This document shows positions 26,016 through 34,347 of a stretch of 64,000 nucleotides of DNA, in pieces (the first letter of the stretch is position 1; each line of letters opens with the position of its first letter). The notes beneath the pieces were generated by a model. That model was not told the DNA's origin and made no database searches. It saw only the letters and a list, made by a program, of their open reading frames with translations. The stretch is from an uncultured Collinsella sp. Its GTDB lineage: Bacteria > Actinomycetota > Coriobacteriia > Coriobacteriales > Coriobacteriaceae. Location of the stretch: the NCBI GenBank assembly GCA_900542155.1, contig UQMD01000003.1:88099-152098 (forward strand). Reading direction: 5' to 3'. Position numbers and translations under genes: made by a program.

Positions 26016-27398
26016 ATGTTTGTTGGACGTCGGGAAGAGCTTGAATCCCTGGAAACCGCCTATCAAAAGGGTTCCTTTCAGTTTGCTGTAGTCTATGGAA
26101 GGCGTCGCGTAGGTAAAACTAGCCTGCTTCACGCCTTTACACAGGACAAACCCCATGTGATCTTCTTTACTGGGCAGCAAACCGTTGCAAGCGAAAATCT
26201 CGCGCTGCTCAGCCGCGAGATACTTGGCGATAGCGCCGCAGGAGCAGCGTTCCCCTCTATCCAGGTTGCACTCGAATCCGTCTTCGAACACGCCAAGACA
26301 GAGCGAATCGTTCTGATTATTGACGAGTATCCCTACCTCGCCGAGAGCGATCCAGGCATCTCTTCGTGCCTGCAAACGCTTATCGATCGACATAAAGACA
26401 CGAGCAAGCTGTTCCTCGTACTCTGCGGGTCGTCCATGAGCTTTATGGAACACCAGGTACTAGGACACCAAAGCCCTCTTTATGGACGCCGCACCATGCA
26501 GCTGCGCATTGACCCCTTCACCATCTTCGACGCGGCGCTCATGCTTCCCGATGCACCCATCGAAAGGGTCATCGAGCTGTATTCCGTTGTTGGCGGGATG
26601 CCGCTCTATCTATCACAGCTCGATGGCGCGCGTTCCACCCAATGGAACCTTGAGCATGCGCTGCTGCGTCAAGATGCGTTTTTGTATGCCGAACCCCAGA
26701 ACTATCTGCTGCAAGAGGTCCGCAGCCCGGCTATCTACAATGCCGTCATAACCGCCATTGCCAACGGCTATGTACGCTCCAAAGAGATTGCCGATGTTAC
26801 CCACCTCGCAACACCACAGGTCGCGCGACTGCTCGACGCATTGATCGAGCTGCGAATCGTTGAGCGCGTCACGCCTGTTGTAAAGGCAACAAAACGTCAA
26901 GTAATCTATCGGATCTGCGACAACTTGTTTAGGTTTTGGTATCGTTTTGTTCCACAGTACGCGGGAACAATTGAGGAGGGGCTCGGAGCCGCTGTGGCCG
27001 CGCGTATCGCCAAGCATGATTTGTCCACCTTTGTGGGTCCTGCATTTGAAGAAGTGTGCCGCCAGTGGTTGATGCGGCAGGTTGTTGAGAGCGAGCTGGA
27101 TGTGCTGCCCAAGGCAATCGGCTCTTGGTGGGGCACGAACCCGAACACGCGCCGGCAAGAAAAGATTGACGTTGTGCTTGAGGACGCCGATGGGGAGCTC
27201 ATCGTTGGCGAGTGCAAATGGAGAAACGAGCCCGCTGACGTCGATGTGCTTGAGACGCTCATGCGTCGCGGAACATTGTTGGGCAGGCCGATCCAACGAT
27301 ATTACCTGTTTAGCAAGGGTGGATTTACGGAGGCATGTCGAGAGAAAGCCGCCCAAGTGAACGACACAAGGCTTATTGACCTTGAGCAGCTGCTCTAA
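26016..27398 (+). CDS. ATP-binding protein of the 'archaeal ATPase' (Arch_ATPase, PF01637) plus DUF234 family
   Basis: The N-terminus MFVGRREELESLETAYQKGSFQFAVVYGRRRVGKTSLL carries the Walker A motif GRRRVGKT. A Walker B-like motif LIIDEYPYL is also present. The C-terminal region matches the DUF234 pattern. Confidence 0.85.
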   Translation: MFVGRREELESLETAYQKGSFQFAVVYGRRRVGKTSLLHAFTQDKPHVIFFTGQQTVASENLALLSREILGDSAAGAAFPSIQVALESVFEHAKTERIVLIIDEYPYLAESDPGISSCLQTLIDRHKDTSKLFLVLCGSSMSFMEHQVLGHQSPLYGRRTMQLRIDPFTIFDAALMLPDAPIERVIELYSVVGGMPLYLSQLDGARSTQWNLEHALLRQDAFLYAEPQNYLLQEVRSPAIYNAVITAIANGYVRSKEIADVTHLATPQVARLLDALIELRIVERVTPVVKATKRQVIYRICDNLFRFWYRFVPQYAGTIEEGLGAAVAARIAKHDLSTFVGPAFEEVCRQWLMRQVVESELDVLPKAIGSWWGTNPNTRRQEKIDVVLEDADGELIVGECKWRNEPADVDVLETLMRRGTLLGRPIQRYYLFSKGGFTEACREKAAQVNDTRLIDLEQLL

Positions 27399-27399
27399 G

Positions 27400-27435
27400 A
27401 AAAGGGGCCTGGACGCAATTTCCAGGCCCCTTTTT
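27400..27435. terminator. Bidirectional rho-independent terminator between convergent genes
   Basis: The sequence is AAAAGGGGCCTGGA-cgcaatt-TCCAGGCCCCTTTT. It lies between the ATPase stop (27398) and the stop of the convergent zinc-ribbon gene (27442). Confidence 0.75.
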
Positions 27436-27441
27436 CAACTT

Positions 27442-29058
27442 TTATTCAATCCCCAACTTTTTTAGTGTGCTATTGGTGCGGTCGGACATTTGGCTGCAAC
27501 CAACAACGGGCACATCTGAAAATGATCCCTGACTTGAGCTTGAGAAGTCAACAAAATAATACGTGCAGTATTGATGATTGAAATCTGTGTAGGAATTTAA
27601 CGCGTTGAAATCCTTCTCGGATATCTCCTTGCCGTTAGATGCGTAATAGTCTCCAAGATTACCGCCAGAAACAGAGACGGACCAAGCTTCGCGATTTAAC
27701 ACCAACGAAAGCGAATCATCCTTTTTGCCGAATAAAGACCAGTTATCGCCATAGGTTATCTGTTTACCTGAGAGCTTTGCTTTGAGCGCATCGCACATTT
27801 CGTACGTACGCTTGCCAAGTAAGACGTTTTGCTCATCATCCTTAACAAGAGGCAGGTACATCGATCCTCCGTTAGAGTTGTCGAGCCATTTTTGGCTATA
27901 TATCCTTTTGATACCGCCGTCTTCCGCCGACCAAACCTCTACGGTGTAGGACTTCTGAAGCTCTTCAATATTTCCGTCCCAGGCGCTTTTCATATCGTCC
28001 GCGCTCATATCGTTAACAACCGTCACGAGCTCAGAAACGCCGTCGTTGTCGAAATCAACCAAATCAGCCAAGCAAAAACCTCTAAGGGCTGACATATAGT
28101 CCTCAATCTCAACCATTTGAGGTTCACCATAACGCGCAAGATATTCCTGGCATTTTTGCTTATAGGCAGCGGATGCAGCAGCATTGTCCGCAGCGGCGTT
28201 TCCGTCCTTTTTGTCGCCCTCGTCCGCCTTTGCGTCTGCGCTGTCAGCCTTAGGCACCTCGAGCGAAACATCCTTCACGGCCTCATCGGACTTGGAATTG
28301 TCGACCACCTCGACAGGAACGCTCCACTCAACCTTGGTCTTGGAGTCCTTAACGGTAAGAGTATATTTTCCCGGTTTGATATCGGGAAGCTGGCTTACCG
28401 TGAAGCCCTCGTCACCCTTAACCTCAGCATTGGTGCTGTAGCCGTTGTCGCCGTTCAGGGTCACCGAGTACTTCTTGATCTTCTCGCCCTTTGCGTCGGT
28501 CGGGGTAATCTTGGATTCTTGGGCTACCACGATGGCCTTGTCCTGGCCGTAATGGGCAACGTCGTCGCTGGACTTGCTAAAGAACAGCAGGTAGCTAAAG
28601 ATGGCAATGGCTGCCAGGCCAACGATGATACCGACGATATAGAGCGCCTTGGGGTCCTTTTTCTGTGCGGATACATTCGCCGCAGGCGCAGGGGCTGGCG
28701 CCGCGACGGGCTTGGCGACCGGATTGCTCGGCTTTGGCCGGTCGGCGCGCACGGCTGGAATCGAAGGCGTTGCATCGGACGACACGTCGTCCTTGGGCCG
28801 GTCGTCTTCTTCGTCCGCTACGGGCTCGCTCTCCACGGGCGACTTTTCCTCCCCCGCCTCGGCACCGGCGGAAGGCTCCTTCTCCGTTTCGTCACTAGCG
28901 AAAATCTCTTCCGCAGCCTCATTGATAACGGAAGGCTCTTCTGCCACTTCGTTGCTGGCAGAGTTCAGCACCGCCTTTGCATCTTCGAGTGCATAGCCAC
29001 ACTCGGTGCAGTATCGCAAATCGCCATCAAGCTCAAATCCACAGTTGGGACAGAACAT
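27442..29058 (-). CDS. Zinc-ribbon / single-transmembrane-helix / extracytoplasmic-domain protein (paralog family member C)
   Basis: The N-terminus is MFCPNCGFELDGDLRYCTECG. An acidic Pro/Ala linker follows, then the transmembrane helix LYIVGIIVGLAAIAIFSYLLFF. The extracellular part contains DLVDFDNDGVSELV, which is similar to the corresponding loop in member A. Confidence 0.8.
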   Translation of the reverse strand: MFCPNCGFELDGDLRYCTECGYALEDAKAVLNSASNEVAEEPSVINEAAEEIFASDETEKEPSAGAEAGEEKSPVESEPVADEEDDRPKDDVSSDATPSIPAVRADRPKPSNPVAKPVAAPAPAPAANVSAQKKDPKALYIVGIIVGLAAIAIFSYLLFFSKSSDDVAHYGQDKAIVVAQESKITPTDAKGEKIKKYSVTLNGDNGYSTNAEVKGDEGFTVSQLPDIKPGKYTLTVKDSKTKVEWSVPVEVVDNSKSDEAVKDVSLEVPKADSADAKADEGDKKDGNAAADNAAASAAYKQKCQEYLARYGEPQMVEIEDYMSALRGFCLADLVDFDNDGVSELVTVVNDMSADDMKSAWDGNIEELQKSYTVEVWSAEDGGIKRIYSQKWLDNSNGGSMYLPLVKDDEQNVLLGKRTYEMCDALKAKLSGKQITYGDNWSLFGKKDDSLSLVLNREAWSVSVSGGNLGDYYASNGKEISEKDFNALNSYTDFNHQYCTYYFVDFSSSSQGSFSDVPVVGCSQMSDRTNSTLKKLGIE

Positions 29059-29059
29059 G

Positions 29060-30271
29060 TTAGTCCTCCTTATCGACTTTCACCGTTGTACCGTCCTTGA
29101 CCTCATCAGGGGTTACTTCGGACCCAACTTGAGACTCATCATCCCAGGACGCAACCAAAATCTCGCAATTGCCGTCCGCAAAAGTACCGAGCTCATAGTC
29201 TTCGGTGCGATACACCAGCCCCTTGGATGTCACATACAAGCATGTTGAACCCTTGATTGAATAGTCTGAAGAATTGCTCCGCATGAGCATAGAGTTGTAG
29301 TCAGACGGATACTCTCTGTCTCTGCCTATTTCCGTAAGATACGGCCAAACTGCCGAACTCATAGAACTGGCAAGATCCTCGGTATCAATGCCAAACATAT
29401 CCTGAGGACTAACAGTATCACCCGTATGCAAATCAAAAATAACACCAGTCACAACCGTGCCGCCATGCGGGCCCCATCCCGTCGAATAGCGCTCGTCACG
29501 GATACAGAAATAGTTCTCATCCATGTACGTAACCGTCACGTTTCTCGATATGCAGGGAAATTCGCCGTCGGGGTACAACTCAGCATCTGATTGCTCATTA
29601 TCTGATGCTCGATTCGTTCGCTCCGCATCAATTTGAAGGGGCTCGAGAATCGCCTTGTTAATTTTGTCTGCAACGTCGTCTTTGGTGGAGCTCTTAAGTT
29701 GCGGATAGGACCATTCCATGTCCCTCCGCTCGCCCTGTTCGAGCATAGGGTCGACCGGAGCAGACGCCGTCAATGACTTTGCCTCCAACGTATAGACAAC
29801 TTCTTCGACCGCTCTCTCGTCCTTCTTGGGCCTTTCGGTCGCTTGCTCCTGTTGCACGGATTGCTGCTGGAGATTGGGCTCAATGACGTTCTTGTAGAGC
29901 ATGAAAGCAGCGTAAGCGATGCCTGCAGCGGCGATAAATGCGGCGATCATGATAGCAAACTGCGGCACTAGGCGGTTGCCGACCTGACAGCGTTGCATAA
30001 AGAAGTTGTACATCTGGGAGTGACCGCTATTCGCGGTCTTCGAGACCGGCTCGGGGCTCGGTTCTGCTGTGGACTCGGCATTCGCGGATCCTATCGCAGA
30101 GTCCGTTTCGGTATCTGTGGGTTCCATTATGACTTCAGCGGACGATGATTCTCGCTCCGACGGCTCGGCCTCGGCCGCAGTCTTGCCCGAGAGCCCGCCC
30201 AAGGGCAGACCGCATTCGGTACAGAACCGCGCATCATCACCAATCTTGCTGCCACATTTGGGGCAAAACAT
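29060..30271 (-). CDS. Zinc-ribbon / single-transmembrane-helix / extracytoplasmic-domain protein (paralog family member D; extracellular part DUF4163/RsiV-like)
   Basis: The start is reset to the ATG of MFCPKCGSKIGDDARFCTECG (30271), preceded by GGAGAAGA. The segment MYNFFMQRCQVGNRLVPQFAIMIAAFIAAAGIAYAAFMLYK parallels MSFAAFMMQRRQIGRFAVPTFVTILAAIIFTAGVAYALVK of member A. The gene lies 1 nt after the stop of member C. Confidence 0.8.
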   Translation of the reverse strand: MFCPKCGSKIGDDARFCTECGLPLGGLSGKTAAEAEPSERESSSAEVIMEPTDTETDSAIGSANAESTAEPSPEPVSKTANSGHSQMYNFFMQRCQVGNRLVPQFAIMIAAFIAAAGIAYAAFMLYKNVIEPNLQQQSVQQEQATERPKKDERAVEEVVYTLEAKSLTASAPVDPMLEQGERRDMEWSYPQLKSSTKDDVADKINKAILEPLQIDAERTNRASDNEQSDAELYPDGEFPCISRNVTVTYMDENYFCIRDERYSTGWGPHGGTVVTGVIFDLHTGDTVSPQDMFGIDTEDLASSMSSAVWPYLTEIGRDREYPSDYNSMLMRSNSSDYSIKGSTCLYVTSKGLVYRTEDYELGTFADGNCEILVASWDDESQVGSEVTPDEVKDGTTVKVDKED

Positions 30272-30569
30272 GAACCTTCTTCTCCTATTCCTTTTACTCT
30301 CGCTGAGTCGTGAGTTACCCACGTGCCGTTTGTTTCGTAGTTTAACTATTTCTTAAACAAATCGATGGGTCACTTGAACAGACGCATACCCGCTCAAGCA
30401 ACTCTATACCGGCTAGTTATCCTTGCTCATGACATGGGTGTCAGTGCAAGAAAATCGTTGAACAGGGTTGCTACCTCGAAGTTCGAACCGATACTGAACT
30501 TGAAGCCATCTTTATTTACCGAGATGGAGAAATCGCCGCTGATATCCATATCATGCGCGCAGCCAACCA

Positions 30570-30580
30570 CCCCCCCCCCA
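30570..30580. repeat. Homopolymeric C tract (10 C)
   Basis: The sequence ...AACCACCCCCCCCCATTTTTCGG lies inside the 456-bp lower-GC spacer between zinc-ribbon gene D and purN. Confidence 0.9.
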
Positions 30581-30635
30581 TTTTTCGGTCCCACCTGTCA
30601 CGTTATCAGGAGCCCGAAATCGAAGAGATGGTAAA

Positions 30636-30677
30636 AGCCGCTTGGGGCACATGTGGTTCCATATGCCCCAAGCGGCT
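30636..30677 (-). terminator. Strong hairpin (13-bp perfect stem), a probable terminator of the purF-purM-purN operon
   Basis: The sequence is AGCCGCTTGGGGC-acatgtggttccatat-GCCCCAAGCGGCT. It lies 50 nt beyond the purN stop on the minus strand. On that strand it is followed by only a short U run (UUU). Confidence 0.45.
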
Positions 30678-30727
30678 ATTTCGATTGCTTATGTCACAAA
30701 GAAACCTAGGTGACCTGTTTACACGCG

Positions 30728-31426
30728 CTAGCGCGCCGGGTCGATAGCCACCTTGCCGCTCTCCAGCACGTGGACGCGACCGTCGGCGAGCATTTGTACG
30801 ACCTCGGGATACAGCACATGCTCGATCGCATGGATGTGCTCCTCGAGCGTGTCGACGTCCCAGCCTTCCTCGACAGCCAGCGCGCGCTGGGCGATGATGG
30901 GGCCGTTGTCGTAGATCTCGTTGGCAAAGTGCACGGTCACGCCGGTCACCTTGACGCCGCGAGCAAACGCATCGTCAATCGCATGGGCACCGGTAAAGCT
31001 CGGCAGCAGTGCCGGATGCAGGTTGACCACGCGATTGAGGAACGCCGCCAGCAGCGGCGTGTGCACCATGCGCATATAGCCGGCCATCACCACGTACTCG
31101 CAGCCACGCTCGAGCAGCTCGTGCGCGATAATCTCGTCAGCCGCGATGGGGTCGGCATAGACATCCTTGGACAGCGTAAGCGTCTGGATGCCCGCGCGCT
31201 CGGCGCGCTGCAAGCCCTTGGCCGAAGGACGGCTCGACACCACAAGTTCAATCGAGGCGTTGAGCTTGCCGGCGGCGATCAGGTCGATCAGCGCCTGCAG
31301 GTTGGTACCAGAGCCGCTGATGAGCACGCCGATCTTGAGCGGCTCGACCGTATCGGTGCCGGTCGGACGGGTGTAGGGCACATAGCCCAGGCCCTCGGCA
31401 GCAGCCATCTGCTCGTTAGCGCTCAT
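30728..31426 (-). CDS. purN: Phosphoribosylglycinamide formyltransferase
   Basis: The N-terminal motif is ...KIGVLISGSGTNLQALID. The downstream residues are NLHPALLP..HAIDDAFARGVKVTGVTVHF. The start is placed at the ATG of MSANEQ (31426), which overlaps the purM stop by 11 nt. The alternative start is MAAAEG. Confidence 0.9.
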   Translation of the reverse strand: MSANEQMAAAEGLGYVPYTRPTGTDTVEPLKIGVLISGSGTNLQALIDLIAAGKLNASIELVVSSRPSAKGLQRAERAGIQTLTLSKDVYADPIAADEIIAHELLERGCEYVVMAGYMRMVHTPLLAAFLNRVVNLHPALLPSFTGAHAIDDAFARGVKVTGVTVHFANEIYDNGPIIAQRALAVEEGWDVDTLEEHIHAIEHVLYPEVVQMLADGRVHVLESGKVAIDPAR

Positions 31427-32519
31427 CGGAGTACACGACCTTACCGGAACCCTCGACGCACTCGCCCACATGGAACGGCTTCTCGCCCAGCGCGACCAGA
31501 GCCTCGGTCACGGCGGCCTCGTCCTCGGGAGCGACGATCAGGCACAGGCCAACGCCCATGTTGAAGGTCTTGCATGCCTCGTTGGGCGCAAGCTCGGCCT
31601 GGCGCGACACGTAGGTGATGACGGGCGGAACGTCCCAGCCCATCTCGGCGCCGTTGCGGGTGACCACGGCGTGGACGTCGTCGGCGAGCGCGCGGTTGAG
31701 GTTCTCGGTGATACCGCCGCCGGTGATGTGGGCGATGGCGTGCACGTTAGCGCCACCGCGCAGCAGCTCCAGAATCGGCTTGACGTAGATGCGCGTAGGA
31801 GCCAGCAGAGCGTCGGCCAGCGAAGCACCGCCGAGCTCCTCGAGCGGACGGCTCAGTTCCTCGGCCTTAGCGGCGGCCTCGGGCGTACCCGGCTTGATGC
31901 CGTCGACACCGATGACCTTGCGCACGAGCGAGTAGCCGTTGGAGTGCACGCCAGTGGAGGGCAGGCCCAGGATCACGTCGCCGGGGCGAACGTTCGCGGG
32001 ATCAAGCATCTTGGGACGGTCGACGACGCCCACGGTAAAGCCGGCGAGGTCGTAGTCGGCCGGAGCCATGACGCCCGGGTGCTCGGCCATCTCGCCGCCC
32101 ACGAGCGCGCAGCCCGCGAGCTTGCAGCCGTCGGCCACGCCCTTGATGATCTTTGCCATGTGCTCGGCCTCAATGTGACCGATGGCAACGTAATCCAGGA
32201 AGAACAGCGGCTCGGCGCCCGAAGCCAAAATGTCATTGACGCACATGGCGACCAGGTCCTGGCCCACCGTCTCGTGACGGTCCATGATCTGGGCGAGCAC
32301 GAGCTTGGTGCCCACGCCGTCGGTGCCGCTGATCAGGATCGGGTCTTCCATATCCTTAAGCGCGGCGGCCGAGAACAGGCCACCGAAGCCACCGATGCCG
32401 CCGATAACCTCGGGGCGGTTGGTGTCCTTGACCATCTGCTTAATAGCGTCAACGGCGCGGCCGCCCTCGGCGGTATCGACGCCGGCGTCCTCGTACGTCA
32501 CATGCTTGCTGTCGCTCAT
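31416..32519 (-). CDS. purM: Phosphoribosylformylglycinamidine cyclo-ligase (AIR synthase)
   Basis: The PurM signature ...GGIGGFGGLF...DGVGTKL... is present and the protein is full length at 367 aa. Confidence 0.95.
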   Translation of the reverse strand: MSDSKHVTYEDAGVDTAEGGRAVDAIKQMVKDTNRPEVIGGIGGFGGLFSAAALKDMEDPILISGTDGVGTKLVLAQIMDRHETVGQDLVAMCVNDILASGAEPLFFLDYVAIGHIEAEHMAKIIKGVADGCKLAGCALVGGEMAEHPGVMAPADYDLAGFTVGVVDRPKMLDPANVRPGDVILGLPSTGVHSNGYSLVRKVIGVDGIKPGTPEAAAKAEELSRPLEELGGASLADALLAPTRIYVKPILELLRGGANVHAIAHITGGGITENLNRALADDVHAVVTRNGAEMGWDVPPVITYVSRQAELAPNEACKTFNMGVGLCLIVAPEDEAAVTEALVALGEKPFHVGECVEGSGKVVYSDER

Positions 32520-32640
32520 CCGAGCCTTCCTCTCCCATTACCGTGGCGCCGCGCGGGCGCCAAACGGTGCTCATAGTTGCGTTCATTTCGGCGCGCGCCA
32601 TAACAGCGCGCGCCGTCATATCAACAAAACAGCAGGTAAA

Positions 32641-32677
32641 ACCTACCAAAATAAACCTGTCCCTACATGGCAGGTTT
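32641..32677 (-). terminator. Hairpin plus U-tract immediately after the purF stop, a possible partial terminator or attenuator between purF and purM
   Basis: The minus-strand read is AAACCUGCC-AUGUAGGGA-CAGGUUU followed by AUUUUGGUAGGUUUUACC. A second 9-bp GC hairpin CGGCGCGCG-ccataacag-CGCGCGCCG lies at 32588-32614 in the same 157-nt spacer. Confidence 0.4.
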
Positions 32678-34347
32678 TAGGCCTCGCCGTGTTCCTCTTC
32701 CCAGCTGCGGTCGTCGTATTTCTCGACCACGGCGTCGTCGTCAAAGTGCAGCGGCTTGTCCAGGTTGCGGGGCTTAAAGCCCTCCATGAACTTGTCGCGG
32801 CCAAAGCTCTCGGGAATCGCCACGGGGTAGCGTCCGGTAAAGCACGCATCGCAGTAACCGCCCTTGGGCATGACCTTAAGCAGGCCCTCGACCGAAAGGA
32901 AGGCCAGCGAATCGGCGCCGATATACTCGCAGATCTCATCGACCGTCTTGTTGGCGCTGATAAGCTGCGACTGCACGTCGGTATCGATACCGTAGAAGCA
33001 CGGCCAGATGACCTCGGGCGAGTTGATGCGGATGTGAATCTCCTTGGCGCCGGCGTTGCGCAGCATCTTGACGAGCTGCACCATAGTGGTGCCGCGGACG
33101 ATGGAGTCGTCAATGACGACCAGGCGCTTGCCCTCGATGTTGTCGCGCAGCGGGTTGAGCTTCATACGCACGCCCATGGCACGCAGCTCCTGCGTAGGCT
33201 CGATGAACGTACGGCCCACATAGCGATTCTTGATGAGGCCCTCGCCAAAGGGAATGCCGCTCTCGTGCGAATAGCCCTCCGCGGGCGGCAGGCCGGAGTC
33301 GGGCACGCCGATGACCAGGTCGGCCTCGACGGGCTCCTCATGTGCCAGCTGACGACCCATGTCATAACGGCAGGCGTAGACGCTCTTGCCGTTCATGATG
33401 GAGTCGGGGCGGGCAAAGTAGACCTGCTCAAAGATGCAGTTAGCAGGCTCTTCGGCTGCAGGCACGCCCTGCTCGGACACAAGGCCCTCGGCGCTGATGC
33501 GCAAGATCTCGCCGGGACGGACATCGCGCACGTACTCGGCGCCCACAATGTCGAGTGCGCAGGTCTCGGAGGCAACGACCCAGCCGCCGGCGCGGGTAAC
33601 ATGGGTGGTGGCGTCGACCGTCACGGCGCCGTCCTGCGACGGCAGCTGCGAAACGGATGCGGCATCGGCCTGGTCCAGACCCTCGTCCACCAGCTTGCCC
33701 AACACCAGCGGGCGGATGCCGTGCGGATCGCGGAATGCGTAGAGCGCCTGCTCGTTGATGAGCGTCATGGCATAACCGCCACGCACGAGCTCCATGGTCT
33801 TGCGAATGCCCTCGCGCAGGTGGCCCGTACGCTGGGTAAAGTAGCCGATGAGCTTGGTCGCGACCTCGGAATCCGAATTGGAGAGGAACGGCACGCCCAG
33901 CTCAATCAGCTGGCGACGCAGCTCGTCGGTGTTGACGAGGGTACCGTTGTGCGCGAGCGCGATAATGACGCTATTGATGGTAGAGAGGTGCGGCTGAGAG
34001 GCTTCCCAGCTCTTGGCGCCGGCGGTGCCGTAGCGCACATGACCCACGGCCAGCTGACCGGAGAGCGTCGACAGGTCGGCGTTGGAGAACACGCGGTCGA
34101 GCAGGCCCAGATCCTTGCGGACCATAACCGTACCGCCGTCACCCACGGCGATTCCCGCCGATTCCTGGCCGCGATGCTGCAGCGCGCGCAGACCAAAGTA
34201 CGTCAGTCGAGCCACATCGCGATCGGGTGCCCACACACCAAAAACACCGCATTCCTCATGCAGCTGGTCGGAGTCCGGATCATACGTCGACATGGTGTTC
34301 ACCTGTCCCGTGGCACGCTCGGCCGCGCGGATGGTTTCTTGAGACAT
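32677..34347 (-). CDS. purF: Amidophosphoribosyltransferase
   Basis: The protein contains ...LHEECGVFGVW..., the propeptide plus the catalytic Cys. PRTase motifs are present (VVIDDSIVRGTT) and the C-terminus has the CxxC cluster ligands typical of the PurF type. An internal ATG at 34293 (MSTYDPD...) would give a more typical 13-aa propeptide, so the start is uncertain. Confidence 0.9.
   Translation of the reverse strand: MSQETIRAAERATGQVNTMSTYDPDSDQLHEECGVFGVWAPDRDVARLTYFGLRALQHRGQESAGIAVGDGGTVMVRKDLGLLDRVFSNADLSTLSGQLAVGHVRYGTAGAKSWEASQPHLSTINSVIIALAHNGTLVNTDELRRQLIELGVPFLSNSDSEVATKLIGYFTQRTGHLREGIRKTMELVRGGYAMTLINEQALYAFRDPHGIRPLVLGKLVDEGLDQADAASVSQLPSQDGAVTVDATTHVTRAGGWVVASETCALDIVGAEYVRDVRPGEILRISAEGLVSEQGVPAAEEPANCIFEQVYFARPDSIMNGKSVYACRYDMGRQLAHEEPVEADLVIGVPDSGLPPAEGYSHESGIPFGEGLIKNRYVGRTFIEPTQELRAMGVRMKLNPLRDNIEGKRLVVIDDSIVRGTTMVQLVKMLRNAGAKEIHIRINSPEVIWPCFYGIDTDVQSQLISANKTVDEICEYIGADSLAFLSVEGLLKVMPKGGYCDACFTGRYPVAIPESFGRDKFMEGFKPRNLDKPLHFDDDAVVEKYDDRSWEEEHGEA

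Noticed and set aside
28117-29100. Plus-strand ORF 28117-29100 (327 aa) and 22167-22904 (245 aa)
   Set aside because: They are antisense to zinc-ribbon membrane protein genes C and A.
15764-30727. Integrase, transposase or phage genes marking the island
   Set aside because: None of the 20 proteins in the lower-GC region shows integrase (R-H-R-Y), DDE transposase or phage structural signatures. The island is inferred from composition and content only.
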